64,000 nt of DNA from Macrostomum lignano (Eukaryota). The notes under the pieces are model-generated. The model searched no databases, had not been told where the DNA came from, and saw only the letters and a list, made by a program, of their open reading frames with translations. Positions 25,201 to 41,377 of the stretch are shown here, piece after piece. The stretch covers positions 1,240,001 to 1,304,000 of the forward strand of contig NIVC01000019.1 in NCBI GenBank assembly GCA_002269645.1, given 5' to 3'. Every line of letters starts with the position of its first letter. Within the stretch, counting starts at the first letter, position 1. A program made the translations under genes and the position numbers.

Positions 25201-27867
25201 ATCACAGATCAGCAAAGTGCTCAGCAAAGTTGATTACGCTACATATCGGCGGGCATTGAGTAACTTAAAAATAACACTCACGCTTAGTAGCTGATAAAAG
25301 TTGGGCTGCTTCATGTAAAACATGCTGTGATTCGGTCTGCCAGTGTAGTCGCATTGCAGAGCTTAAATAAGGTTAAACGGGGATTATAACAAATTTGATA
25401 ATAAAAAGATTGAATCCGACATAAAAGCTATAAATCACATCTGTTAAACTGACTTACATTTTTTCTTAGGAAACACATCTTCTGGAGTCTGAATGAAAAG
25501 AGTTTTCAGGCGTATAAGTTAGTACATTTTAGTAAGATTTATAAGAAAAATAGGTAGTACGGTTGAATACCGATTATGATCGAAATACACCTACCGACAT
25601 GTGAGGCTTCGCTTTAACGTGAAACAAACCTGACGGGAACAGGTACTGGATGGCTTTCTGCAATGCGAACGAATTAGCGGCGACTGCTGTGGCATCAGCT
25701 CTCTCGGCTGTTATACTAGCGAGTGCATTGAATAAGGAGGGTAAACACAGCTCAGAGCAGGGAGGGAGATCCCCGGGGATCAGAGAGAAGGGGTGAGATG
25801 AGAGAGGGAGCAGAGAGACTGGGTGAGATGAGAGAGGGAGCAGAGAGACTGGGTGAGATGAGAGAGGGATCAGAGGGATTGGGTGGGATGGAAAAGGAAT
25901 CAGAGAGACAAGGTGAGATGAGAGAGGGATCAGAGAGATTGGGTGGGATGGAAAAGGAATCAGAGAGACAAGGTGGGATGAGAGAGGGATCAGAGAGATT
26001 GGGTGGGATGGAAAAGGAATCAGAGAGACAAGGTGGGATGAGAGAGGGATCAGAGAGACTGGGAGAGATGAGAGAGGGATCAGAGACACAGTGAGATGAG
26101 AGAGGGATCAGAGGACAAGTTGAGATGAGAGAGGGATCGGAGAGACGGGGAGAGATGAGAGGGGGATCAAAGAGACGGGGTGAGATGGGAGAGGGATCAG
26201 AGAGACGGGTAGAGATGAGAGAGTAATCAGAGAGACTAGGAGAGATGAGAGAGGGATCAGAAAGACAAGGTGAGCTGAAAGATGGATCGGAGAGACTGGG
26301 AGAGATGAGAGAGGGATCGGAGAGACGGGGAGAGATGAGAGAGGGATCGGAGAGACGGGGTGAAATGGGAGAGGGATCAGAGACACGGTGAGATGAAAAA
26401 GGGATCAGAGAGACAAGGTGAGATGAGAGAGGGATCAGAGAGACAGAGAGAGATGAGAGAGGGATCAGAGAGACGGGGTGAGATGAGAGAGGGATCAGAG
26501 AGACAAGGTGAGATGAGAGAGGGATCAGAGAGACGGGGTGAGATGAGAGAGGGATCAGAGACACGGTGAGATGAGAGAGGGATCAGAGACACAGTGAGAT
26601 GAGAGAGGGATCAGAGAGACAGAGAGAGATGAGAGAGGGATCAGAGAGACGGGGTGAGATGAGAGAGGGATCAGAGACACGGTGAGATGAAAAAGGGATC
26701 AGAGAGACAAGGTGAGATGAGAGAGGGATCAGAGAGACAAGGTGAGATGAGAGAGGGATCAGAGAGACAGAGAGAGATGAGAGAGGGATCAGAGAGACGG
26801 GGTGAGATGAGAGAGGGATCAGAGACACGGTGAGATGAGAGAGGGATCAGAGACACAGTGAGATGAGAGAGGGATCAGAGGACAAGGTGAGATGAGAGAG
26901 GGATTGGAGAGACTGGGAGAGATGAGAGAGGGATCAGAGACACAGTGAGATGAGAGAGGGATCAGAGGACAAGGTGAGATGAGAGAGGGATTGGAGAGAC
27001 GGGGAGATGAGAGAGGGATCGGAGAGACGGGGAGAGATGGGAGAGGGATCAGAGACACAGTGAGATGAGAGAGGGATCAGAGGACAAGGTGAGATGAGAG
27101 AGGGATTGGAGAGACGGGGAGAGATGGGAGAGGGATCAGAGAGACGCAGAGAGATGAGAGAGGGATCAGAGAGACGGGGAGAGATGAGAGAGGGATCGGA
27201 GAGACGGGGAGAGATGAGAGAGGGATCGGAGAGACGGGGAGAGATGAGAGAGGGATCGGAGAGACGGGGAGAGATGAGAGGGGGATCAAAGAGACTGGGA
27301 GAGATGAGAGAGGGATCGGAGAGACGGGGAGAGATGAGAGGGGGATCAAAGAGACTGGGAGAGATGAGAGAGGGATCGGAGAGACGGGGAGAGATGAGAG
27401 GGGGATCAAAGAGACGGGTGAGATGGGAGAGGGATCAGAGAGACGGGGAGAGATGACGGATCAGAGGGACGCGAAAAAAACAAGTGGAGGGCAGCAAAGC
27501 AGCCTCATCAGAAGCGGCAAACCTCAATATTCTCCTGCGTGAGGTCGGCCACTGAGACACCCAGGATGCTGGCCAGAAACCGTTTGCCCAGCTCGAAATT
27601 CTCTCTCTCCATTCGGATAAATTTGTCATAATTTTCAGCGCTCTTCAGATACGCCCGGATGGCGCTGGTCACCTTCACCGCGCGCAGGCTGGCCGCCTTG
27701 GGGTCCTCAGACTGCTGCTGCTGCTGAGGCGCTGGCGTAGTCGGGGGCTTCTGCTGCTGCTGCGCCTTCCTCGGACTGGCAACCGCGGCAGAAGCCGCTG
27801 ACGAGCGGAACTGGCGGACAGCTGATTGACAGCCGCGAGTGCAGCAGCCAGCTGCTCCTAGTAGCAT
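22284..27867 (-). CDS. MRPS9: Mitochondrial ribosomal protein S9 (uS9m), 7 exons, ~427 aa
   Basis: Exons 27867-27523, 25657-25595, 25488-25458, 25361-25282, 24462-24169, 22863-22669 and 22559-22284, all in phase. Motifs: IRAYLKSAE...ELGKRFLA, AIQYLFPSGLF, GRPNHSMFY, GQRK.ATA, SQAGALRLAIARA, GLLTPD.R..ER...KWTWKAR. Confidence 0.93.
22905..24078. repeat. 30-bp minisatellite filling MRPS9 intron 5
   Basis: AATTTGAGATTAGTGACTGCTCAAATCCTC, ~39 copies. Confidence 0.97.
24597..24935. mobile_element. MITE-like element in MRPS9 intron 4
   Basis: 19-bp perfect inverted repeats GCTACTTTCAGTTCAGTAG / CTACTGAACTGAAAGTAGC. No clear TSD. Confidence 0.55.
25783..27465. repeat. Purine-rich 28-30 bp minisatellite filling MRPS9 intron 1
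   Basis: GAGATGAGAGAGGGATCAGAGAGAC-type units. Confidence 0.97.
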
Positions 27868-27908
27868 GGCAGCAATCGGTAGGTAAGGTCGGGAGTTTAT
27901 TTGCCTCA

Positions 27909-28578
<670 letters not shown>

Positions 28579-29561
28579 TAACTAGCAGATAAACCCATGA
28601 ATGATGGTAAAGAAAAAAATAAGCCGTACAACAAAGCAATGAGAACAGATTCCAGTATTTTACTACAGGCTTGTACAGTTAGCATGTACAATAGCAATAA
28701 TAACAGTAAGCATATATATATATATTTATATATATCAATAGATTGCAGCGGAACAAGAATACCAAGCAGCTGTGTGTTTCACCAGTGTTGCCATGCAGAG
28801 ATTCAAGTGTAAAAAACACAGTTTTCATATTTATCAGCTGCAGCAGACAGCTGATATACCAAATAGCTTATAAACCGGTATAGTAAATATCATTCAATTA
28901 AAGACTGCATAAGCACGGCAAAGCGAATCGCATAAGGTGAAGGGGCATAATATTATGGCAATCCTGAGTCAATGGCATTTCATTGTGTGAACAGTGACTG
29001 AGTCCAACAAATATTAATTAGCTGGTATTGCACATAAGCTTCTTATATTTTCCACAACTACGAGTATTTCTAACACCAGTAAGTTCACAATTTGGATGAA
29101 TACTTAAAAAAAATATTGTTATTATAGAAAACATAAATAGGAAAGCATATGCCAATCCGTCTGCTGACAGTAGGCTTGCACTGCAGTTTGTTGGGAAAAT
29201 TTGAAAAAATTAAATATTTTGGTTTAAAGCAAATTGCAAACAGGTAAAAAACAAACAGCGTTCAATAAAAACACAAGTGATAAATTATTGCTCAAAACCG
29301 CAGATCTTTAATAAGATATCTATATTGCGCAGCAGGGGGTATGGGGTGTATGCTCAGATAAACGCGAGGTGAAAATTCATTTACAATCGGTGCCCATTTG
29401 GTAAAGAAATATCATTTGGTCACGTGACAGGTGTAGCTCAATTAGTTCGCACTTCAATCTGATGGTGGGCTCCGCACGAAACTGGACCCTGCATAACTGG
29501 TTGATTAATTGTTTTGAAATTTACTTGGGTATTTTGCGATTCGCCAGGAATCTCAGCGGAA

Positions 29562-30027
29562 ATCTCACCTTAGAAATCGGAGATCTCACCTAAGTAATCG
29601 GAAATCTCACCTAAGTAATCGGAAATCTCACCTAAGAAAACGGAAATCTCACTTAAGTAATCGGAAATCTCACCTAAGTAATCGGAAATCTGACCTTCGT
29701 AATAGGAAATCTCACCCAGGTAATCGGAAATCTCACGTTAGAAATCGAAATCTTACCTAAAAAATCATCAATCTCACCCAGGTAAGCATCAATCTCAACC
29801 AGGTAAGCATCAATCTTAACCAGGTAAGCATCAATCTTAACCAGGTAAGCATCAATCTTAACCAGGTAAGCATCAATCTTAACCAGGTAAGCATCAATCT
29901 TAACCAGGTAAGCATCTATCTTAACCAGGTAAGCATCAATCTCAACCAGGTAAGCATCAATCTTAACCAGGTAAGCATCAATCTTAACCAGGTAAGCATC
30001 AATCTTAACCAGGTAAGCATCAATCTC
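29562..30027. repeat. 21-bp minisatellite with two unit types
   Basis: ATCGGAAATCTCACCTAAGTA grades into GCATCAATCTTAACCAGGTAA. Confidence 0.95.
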
Positions 30028-30199
30028 ATCTCGCACAACAGGCAAAGGCAGGTAAAAACTTAACAGTACAAATATAAGCTATAAGGGAGAATGCAACTTC
30101 CATTACTCAGAAAATCTATAAAAAACTTACAGATAAAAAGCATGCAGCTAACCGTATTGAGTAGCAGAATACACAAGAGGCATTTCCACCGGCCAAGGG

Positions 30200-32066
<1,867 letters not shown>

Positions 32067-32197
32067 TCCCGCAGTGCTGCTGCAACGGTTGTCGGGGGGC
32101 GTCCTTACTAGCTGATTGTCTGCTTCCGGTATTACGCTTTCTTTGAGTTCATTATCTCTTGCTCGTAACTGCTCGTATATTACCTCTTTTCTAACGT

Positions 32198-32568
32198 CCG
32201 TATTCCCCTCTCACCTGTCTATTCCCCTCTCACCTGTCTATTCCCCTCTCATCACCTGTCTATTCCCCTCTCACCTGTCAATTCCCCTCTTACCTGTCAA
32301 TTCCCCTCTTACCTGTCAATTCCCCTCTTACCTGTCAATTCCCCTCTTACCTGTCAATTCCCCTCTTACCTGTCTATTCCCCTCTCATCAACTGTCTATT
32401 CCCCTCTCATCAACTGTCTATTCCCCTCTCATCAGCTGTCTATTCCCCTCTCATCAGCTGTCTATTCCCCTCTCATCAGCTGTCTATTCCCCTCTCATCA
32501 GCTGTCTATTCCCCTCTCATCAGCTGTCTATTCCCCTCTCATCAGCTGTCTATTCCCCTCTCATCACC
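32198..32568. repeat. 20-21 bp pyrimidine-rich minisatellite upstream of Abi
   Basis: CTGTCTATTCCCCTCTCATCA and variants. Confidence 0.95.
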
Positions 32569-33137
32569 AGACTCATTTATTCTAAAAGTTAAGCAAGAAA
32601 AATCGCAGAACACAAACATTCATGATAGTAAAAATAATGCAAGCATTATTTGAGTTATGACAATTTCGTACAAATACAATGAAACATATTAATAGCATGG
32701 TCACAAACAGCGGTAGTATTTTAAATTGATGCCTACTGCACTGGTGGATATCCTGGATGTAAAAGTACACAAAAGGCTACGGAGAATTATAGGAATTCGG
32801 ATATTTTTTTGACAAGATAACAGCAAACGCTAACAAATTTTTATTGCTGAGAACCAAGTTATAAAGCGATTAAAAATGCAAATTTCCAGCACGCTAAATT
32901 GATTTGAGTACTATACACAGGTGAATAAAAGTATAGGAAAATTGAAAGTAAAAACTAAAAATAACTAAATAGATTACGAAAGCGGTTACAGTAGTAAAAA
33001 AATGCTTATGTGCTTTTTTAGCGCAAGCACCTTGATTAGGAACAATTTACATGTACGAGACTTTTACGTCAGATAAAAAAATTACAAAAGTTTAACAGTT
33101 AGCGCTGTTTTACTCAAGCGACTGAATTGCGATGCTG

Positions 33138-33968
33138 GAGGCTCTGGGAGGGTTCTAAAGGGAGGCTCTGGGAGGGTTCTAAAGGGAGGCTCTGGGAGGG
33201 TTCTAAAGGGAGACACTGGGAGGGTTCTAAAGGGAGGCTCTGGGAGGGTTCTAAAGGGAGGCTCTGGAGGGTTCTAAAGGGAGACACTGGGAGGGTTCTA
33301 AAGGGAGGCTCTGGGAGGGTTCTAAAGGGAGGCTCTGGGAGGGTTCTAAAGGGAGACACTGGGAGGGTTCTAAAGGGAGGCTCTGGGAGGGTTCTAAAGG
33401 GAGGCTCTGGGAGGGTTCTAAAGGGAGACACTGGGAGGGTTCTAAAGGGAGGCTCTGGGAGGGTTCTAAAGGGAGGCTCTGGGAGGGTTCTAAAGGGAGG
33501 CTCTGGGAGGGTTCTAAAGGGAGACTCTGGGAGGGTTCTAAAGGGGGACTCTGGGAGGGTTCTAAAGGGAGGCTCTGGGAGGGTTCTAAAGGGAGGGTCA
33601 GAGCCGGTTCTAAAGGGAGGGTCAGAGCCGGTTCTAAAGGGAGGGTCAGAGCCGGTTCTAAAGGGAGGGTCAGAGCCGGTTCTAAAGGGCCAGAGCTGGT
33701 TCTAAAGGGAGGGTCAGAGCCGGTTCTAAAGGGAGGGTCAGAGCCGGTTCTAAAGGGAGGGCCAGAGCCGGTTCTAAAGGGAGGGTCAGAGCCGGTTCTA
33801 AAGGGAGGGTCAGAGCCGGTTCTAAAGGGAGGGCCAGAGCCGGTTCTAAAGGGAGGGTCAGAGCCGGTTCTAAAGGGAGGGTCAGAGCCGGTTCTAAAGG
33901 GAGGGTCAGAGCCGGTTCTAAAGGGAGGGCCAGAGCCGGTTCTAAAGGGAGGGCCAGAGCCGGTTCTA
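33138..33968. repeat. 24-bp minisatellite in two adjacent variant blocks
   Basis: CTCTGGGAGGGTTCTAAAGGGAGG up to ~33590, then GGTCAGAGCCGGTTCTAAAGGGAG. Confidence 0.97.
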
Positions 33969-34027
33969 ATAGTAAAATTCAAAGAGAATTATATAAATGT
34001 TTGTGGTTTGATTCGGTCAAGCCAGGC

Positions 34028-36547
34028 CTAGTACAGACTGACAAAATCGGCTTCATCTGACTCGTCCAGCCTCTGCTGCTGCTGCTGATGACGCCGCGAT
34101 TGTTTCTTCTTGGCAGCTTCATTAGTCGAAGCACCGTTTGATGTCTTTTTAGGTCTCGGCTTCTTCTGCAGTTTCTGCTGTTGCTGAGGCGACTTGCTGT
34201 CGGCGACTTGCTGCGGCAGTTTGGCGACATTCTGGCAGCGCTCCCTCAGGCCCTGCAGGCTGTCCGGCAGGGCGGACAGGTTCGCTGTCCGGTTGGCGCT
34301 CAGGTTGAACGGATCATTGTCGGCGGCGAGTTGAGCGCTGGGCGAGGCGCCGCTGCCGACTGAACCAGACGCTGGCGACGGCATTCGACGCTTCCGACTC
34401 GGCGGCGCCGGCGGAGGCGGCATCGCCTTTGCGTCGGCGTCCTCGCTGACAGCCGGGTCGCCAATGGCAACCAAATAGCGAATCTGGCCGGGCCGCTTCT
34501 GCACGGCCATCACCGTCCGCCTGCCCGACCGGCCGGCGGTTTTGTCCGAGCCGGACGCTGCGGAAGACTCTGACGAGGACAGCTGCTCCGGGTCTTCCAG
34601 GTAGCTGACCGGCCGGCGGGTGGACCGGGCTGGCCGCTTCACCACCGGCTGCTGCTGCTGGTCGGCCGTTGCCGTCCGTTTCGACGTTGCCGCGGCCGAT
34701 TTTGCCCGACGCTGCTGCAACGGCGCCGACGACTTTTTGTCCGGTCTGGTCGATCTGGCCAGCTTCTCTTTTGATTTGTTTGACTTTGACGCCTGACTGC
34801 CGGACGTCTTTCGCTGCTTGGCCGCCACAGGCGATGGAGGGGCGGGGACGTCAGGCTCGGCGACAGACCCGACGGGTGTCGGCAGGTCATCCAGCGGCTG
34901 GCACTCGTCGATGGCGGGCTCGGTGGGCGCGGACACGGTGGAGTCCAGCTGTACATCCGCGCCGGGGGCGCAACTCATCGGATTAGTACCAGCAGCAGTG
35001 CTAGAGACCTCCAGCTCAGCGGAGACCTCAGCGATGACTGAGCCGGACGGCGCGGCGGCGACAACGCGGACCTGCGGCTGGAACTGCTGCGGCGGAGACA
35101 GCGCAGACGAAGCCGGAGGCAATTCCGAGACTGCCAGAGCGGCTGAGGACGGCTGCGGCTCCTCCGAGAGCTCTTCGTCAACGAATTCGTCATCGTGACG
35201 CTGTTGAAGTAGTTCAGCAGCCGCGGCAGCAGGAGGTGCTGACGCAGCATCGCATGCTGAGGCCTTCTGTGAACCGACAGTATCGTCAGATTCGCCGCCC
35301 AGCTGTTCGACACATCTGCGAGGAATAACGTTATAAATACGGGCGGAAGTCATGCTTTATGAGGTTTCAGATCAGGGCTCGGCAGACTCCGGCTCGCGAA
35401 GCCTCTCTATCCGGCCCTCGGGTCCTTTGAGACTTCACAATAGCAATCTGGCCCGCTCAAGCTTTGTGTCTCTACTATTCCCTCTGCTTTCCTTTCTCAC
35501 TTGGCCCTTGATGTAAATAGGTTTGCAGTCCCCGTTTCAAATGGAATCGCATTTCTATATTCTAGTTATCGTAGCTGGCAATGGGGCTATTACCGTAACC
35601 ATACTGTTAGGGTAAACTAAGCTCATGTGATGCGATCACATCGCCTACTAACAAGTAGCAAGAAGAGAATTCGCGAAGCGAATCTAGAAAATAAAATAAA
35701 CAGTTGCGAGAGGGGCAGGGTAGCCAGTGGGTTGTCGTGGGTTGCGCGCCTGCGTATACAGTATCGGCACGCCTGAGTGGGTATAACAATCAAGCAAGCC
35801 TAAGCATGTACCTGTAGACTGAGTCCAGCACGCCAAACAGGTTCGCTCTCAGCTCGGGCAGTCGGGCAACTCGGTGTCTCAGCTGCAGATTCTCGCTGTG
35901 CAGCCTCTGCGCGTCGGCTGTCAGTTTGTGATTGGCCAGCTGTAGGCCAGCGTTAACCCTGGCCAAATCCTGATTGTTGGCCTTCAGCCTGGCCAGCTGC
36001 TGCAGCTGATGGTACTGCGACTGCTGCTGCCTGAGCAGCTGACTCTGTCGGGTGAGGAAAAACGATTGGACACTTTGAAACACTACTGAATATAAGTAGT
36101 AACTGAAAAACCTAGTTTTCTAAGAAACAGTAGAATACAGAATTCCTAAAATAAGATCGATGGTCAGATTAAACTTTAAAACAGAGCTGTTTTATTAACG
36201 CTTAACTCGAATCAATAGCGTGAAAAGGTTAGAATTCACACAAAGCTATGTCGTGATACTACTGATTTCAATGCAACTAAGTAGTATAAAAACACACTGG
36301 ACAATTTGAGTTGAATTGAGAATGCTATAAATGCTGTAAATGAGAAAAACTTCACCTGACCAATGCCACTACTACAAGCTGACAATTGGAGTCTGGAAGA
36401 TGAAGCGGACAGCGATTGACTGGATGAAGAGTTCATTCGACACTGACAGCGCTGACAGGTGCCTCCGCCAACCTTTTTGTTGCTAAGGACTCCGCGGCGA
36501 CGGTGGCGTCGACGCTTGGTCGTTAAGGACTCGTTTTTTGTTGTCAT
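34028..36547 (-). CDS. Shugoshin-like protein (N-terminal coiled coil, long low-complexity region, partial SGO-like motif)
   Basis: Plausible exons 36547-36473, 36044-35812 and 35315-34028, in phase. ARLKANNQDLARVNAGLQ...LHSENLQLR resembles the shugoshin L..NN..LA coil. RSTRRPVSYLE resembles the first half of the SGO motif. Start and end are uncertain. Confidence 0.5.
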
Positions 36548-36819
36548 GGAGCCGTTGCTGGCGCTGCTACTGCCGCGACAGAATGTGACCTGCAGCTTCT
36601 GCTGCAAGTGTGGGGATACTCATAAACAGTGCCATACAAAAAACAATTATAAGAAATTCCTACTCTGATTTAAGAAAAAATAATAGATTTTAGCCATTAT
36701 CAAAGATGCAGGCGCTTGAGCTGACCCCTCAGCTGCTGCTGCCTGCCCTCTGCATCCTAATATATACATATTATCTCTACTATCTCTGATAATATATCTA
36801 TAATATATATATTGTACAT

Positions 36820-36861
<42 letters not shown>

Positions 36862-39800
36862 CAGAGATAGTGACTATAGACAAATTAAGATAGCATGTTT
36901 AAAATGACACAATTTGACAAAGTAGTTTTTTATTTACATACACAATTTACTTAGTCATAGGTTAAAAAGCTAACCTAAGATATAGGGTATTTCGAATCGA
37001 AATCAAAATTTTTAGTTTAACAAATTTTTACTTTTTAGCTAATCATGCAAAAAGGTTAACACCTTGCCTCTGTATGTATGAGCTTACATGTTTTATAAAA
37101 AGTATCTTTGATATGCTTAAACCAGAATACTTGAGATTTAACTTACTTTAAAAATACAAAATAGAAAATGCTGGTGTATTATGTATTTTAAACTTGTACA
37201 TAGAAATATAGTAGAAGTTGTATTATACTTCACTGCTGTTTAAGCTGAAGATCTAGATACGAGTAGCCTATATCCATTTCATTAAGGCTTTAAGTCTTTA
37301 GCCAATTAAAATCCACGCCAATGAGTTCAGCCAGTGGGCTTGTGGAGGTTGAGGTAGGTGCAGCACAAGGCCTGGAACAGTTGTGTGCCCCGCACAATCT
37401 TTTCTTGTAGAAAAGGCAATTCTCACCTCTCCACTGAGTCTTTGAACCACACTTTCTTTCACTTCCTATAGATTTTCTTACTCGTGTAGCATGATCATCA
37501 ATGTCTAAATTGTTAAAATATAACCAAAATTTTGAAATTATTTTCAATGAATGGTGTCGAAATTTGAAATCAAAATCAAAATTATTTTGATGCAAAATTA
37601 GTTTTGAAATTCAGAATATCAAAATCAAATTTTGATCCATCACTAGGGTATTTGCCATTGGATATAAAGGTGTGCAAATTTTTCTAAATTTGATTTTTAT
37701 TTATCTTTAAACCTTGTAAAATAATACCAAATACCACATTATAAGCTGGCTAAGTTTGACTTAAATAGATAACAAATAATTTTAAGCTTTTATAAAGATT
37801 TGAACTTAAGCTAGGGCCTAAAACTATAAAAAACTTAGAACAACAAAGGAATTTTTTATTAAAAAGCTAAATTGACTATAAATGCAATATTATTAACACC
37901 ATTAGGTATTAAGATTCCCTAAAGCTATAAGCCTATATTCCTTTAAATTTTTTTATTTGCTATTAAATATTAAAATGATTTCAATTTTTGCCAAAAAAAT
38001 TGAAATCCAAAAATGTGGGATATAACAGTATAACAAATTTCTGAACTTTCAATGTTTTTGCTTGATAAGCAAAAAAATGCCACACAAATGCACTAAAAAG
38101 TGTATTATTGCAATATGTATATAGGATAAAATAATTTTCTGAATTGCTTTAGTAGAAGCTGAGTAAAATGCAATTTTCCAATGTTTATACAATAAACAAT
38201 ATTTAATGCAGACAAACTCTACAAAGTATATGTTGTTGATAATGACGAAGTGATAAACAAATAAACCTTTAAGAATAATATTGAAAATGTGTAGCATTAT
38301 AGAATTTACAAGTACTAATATTGGAAACTTGAAGTTAATAAATATTTTCAAGAGCTTTTCTACTAGTGTTCTACCATAAAGGGGGTCCATGTGCCATAGC
38401 TGTAGCCATAAACAAAACTACAGCTTTTTCCAATTCTCTATATTTTGTAGCCGTAGGGACCCCAATATTACATTACCATATTCCTGTAGTTCCTGTAGCC
38501 ATAGCTATAGTTTTAACAAAAAGCCAAAAAGTCTAGGAAACAAAATATTTTGAATTAAGAAGATAACCTAGTACTTAAACAATTGCAAAATTAAAATAGA
38601 AAATAAAACAAATACTTAATTGCCTTTGTAAGATTATACTTCATCCTTTTTTACAAAGAGTAACAATAGGGCCTACTTAATAATTACTAAAAGTACAAAT
38701 GCTGAACTTCTTCACATTGATAAAAGTTAGAGTATGCTAGTGTTTTTTGTACTTTATTAGTTAAAACCTAAAAGTTTCTAAGTCTATAATATAGTTTACT
38801 AAAATAGGCCTAGGCCCCTATCTTTGTTTTATTTTAGGTCTGCTTCTAATATTCTTTATTTTTTAAATTAATAGCTACAACTACGGGAATCTATAGAATA
38901 TGACAACAACTATCATATTTTCAAAGTCTAACCATAAGAGCAGCTAGGCATATCCATAGTTTTCATAGGCTAGCTATGACAATACTACTATTTTACCAAA
39001 TATTTTTTAGAATCATTTTAGTCACAATTTTAAATATTATTTTAACAAATAATTTTATTTAAGACAAGACTATACATGGATGATTTGTTTTATTTAATAT
39101 TTTTTTACTTTTTTAAATTGATTCATTAATTTTTGAATTGTAAAAAATGGTTTTTCAAAAAATTGGCCCCTAATTCTTGGATTTTGCCAAAAAATCAACA
39201 TGCTATTACCAAAGAAAACTTTTATTAAAATGGATGGCACTTATTTATTTATCCTTACTATCTCTTATTTAAAAAATAAAAAAAAACTTTGCTAATATTT
39301 AGGCCTAGATTTAGATTTAGTTTGATTTTACTAATATCAAATAAACTAGGCCTATACTACTACTAGTACTACTAGTCTCCTCTACTTCTCAATATAGTCG
39401 ACTTATTTGTTATTTATAAGATGGCCATACAGCATAACTTGGCCATAGGCTTAGACTAGGCATAGATAAAGTCATGTGATGTGACTAAAATTTAGCTACA
39501 TATAGGCAAAATACATTAGCCTAATAGGCTAGGCCTTACAAAACTAAACTTGTGAAGTGTTTGGCGTTGACGGCGTACATTCAGGGTGTTCCGAACTATG
39601 GCCTGAGGAGTAGGAAATTCCTTCAATCAGCAATTAATTCTACCCATTCCATGACTCCTCTGCACATGTACACAGGCACGTCTGACTTAGGAAGCCTAGC
39701 CGCCCTAGATAGGTGCCGATCTAGATAGATGTCGATTAACGTTGCCGAGTAGTGAAACAGGCATCTGAAACAGGCTCTATCGATAGTTTCTATTACCTTA

Positions 39801-40546
39801 TATTCCAAATAAAAAATCTAGTGTAAACTAGAGTTACAAAATAAAAAAATCGTACCAAACATTGTGCCAATTGGCTCAACTCAAACTTAAGCTAATAGGG
39901 GGCTTATAATTTGTAAGAAAGAACAACTATAATTTTGAGCACAAATTAGTCAGGATATGTTTTTAGCATTTGTCTTTTGTTGATAAAATCTTTTTTATTT
40001 TTTAAAAAGTATTTCTTTGATCTTTATAACCTTTTTAAACTATCTAAAAAGCGTCAAACAGATTTTTTGTTAAACCTCATACTATTTAAAAATTGCAAAC
40101 CGTAGGCACGAAACACCGGATTGTCAGTAAATGAGTGGCACCTAAGTGACCTAACTAATTCATTCCCAGTAAGTGTATACTAAATCAGATGCTGGAAGAT
40201 CTCAAATACGAAGATATTGATGACTTCGATGGTCTTGTCAATTAAACAAATTAAATCGGAGATGAGTAATAAATTAAAATTCTGTTTGCAGCCAGATATT
40301 TTTAAGTTTTGTTTTTTACTTATATAAATTTATATATCATTCTATGTGTCGTAAATATATAAGAAGTGTTATAGTTCATGCACTTTTGTTTACTTTTAAA
40401 TGAGCATTAAAGATCGATACGTACCGATACAAACAATATGCGCCAAGTGAAACAAAAGCTTCTTCTTAAGTCCAAATGTCTAATAAATCCATACGGCTAG
40501 TACATGTAATATTTAAATTCTTTTTACTCTGTATATTTAGTGCTAT

Positions 40547-40717
40547 CAGGGGCGTAGGGACTCTAGGGAGGGGGATAGGGGGATGTATCCCCCCGAAGAG
40601 CCTGACCAAAACTTTTTTGTTGCCCTTTGTTGCTATACATGCTACCATGTGACTCTGTCATAGCACTTTTACCTTGGTGTACCCCCCCCCCCGTAGGAAA
40701 TTCCTGGCTACGCCCTG
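40547..40717. mobile_element. hAT-type MITE, 171 bp
   Basis: Termini CAGGGGCGTAG...CTACGCCCTG, flanked by a perfect 8-bp TSD AGTGCTAT. Confidence 0.85.
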
Positions 40718-41377
40718 AGTGCTATACAGCTGTTGTACTGTATTTAGGCCTTTGTACGTTACATTACATAACTAGCACAAATGCAAAACATTTAGACATG
40801 CATCTAAACTCGCTGGCGTAAAATTTTACGTGCAAAGTGAGTGTGGATCGCACAGGTGCATCATCTGTTCGCAACTCGCAACTAAATTTACATTTACTCG
40901 TATATACCGCCGTATATTACACGTTACTACTGCACAAGCGTATGCATTGCAAAGTTCTGCTATAGAGGTACATGTTCAGATAATTCCTGGGATCAATTAA
41001 CGCCGAAGTAGAAAAGCAAAAATGATATGGCGCAAACGGGATTGTAAAGTCATTTTTTAGTATTAAGGCACTTTATTTGAATTGTAAAATACACTTATTT
41101 GTAAAAAGAAGCAATCCGTCATAAATACGAGCATAGGTATTCTACTATAATATAGGCATACCATTAAAATGCTACAGAAGAGACGGAAACAGAAAAGCTA
41201 ATTGGAAACAAAAAAGTTATCGAGCATAAATTATCCAAAAAATATAATATGATTCTTTAAAAAATATCAACACGCATACAATCAAAAGCATTCCATAAAT
41301 GTATCTACGTGACGCCATACAATTAAATGTACTTCATACTATGAATAGTCAGAGCTTTACTGAAACTACGGTAGACG

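Noticed and set aside
36900-40500. AT-rich stretch with imperfect inverted repeats (~38.4-39.0 kb) and ORF 38049-38390
   Set aside because: Low complexity with highly degenerate pairing; the ORF has AT-bias composition and no motifs.
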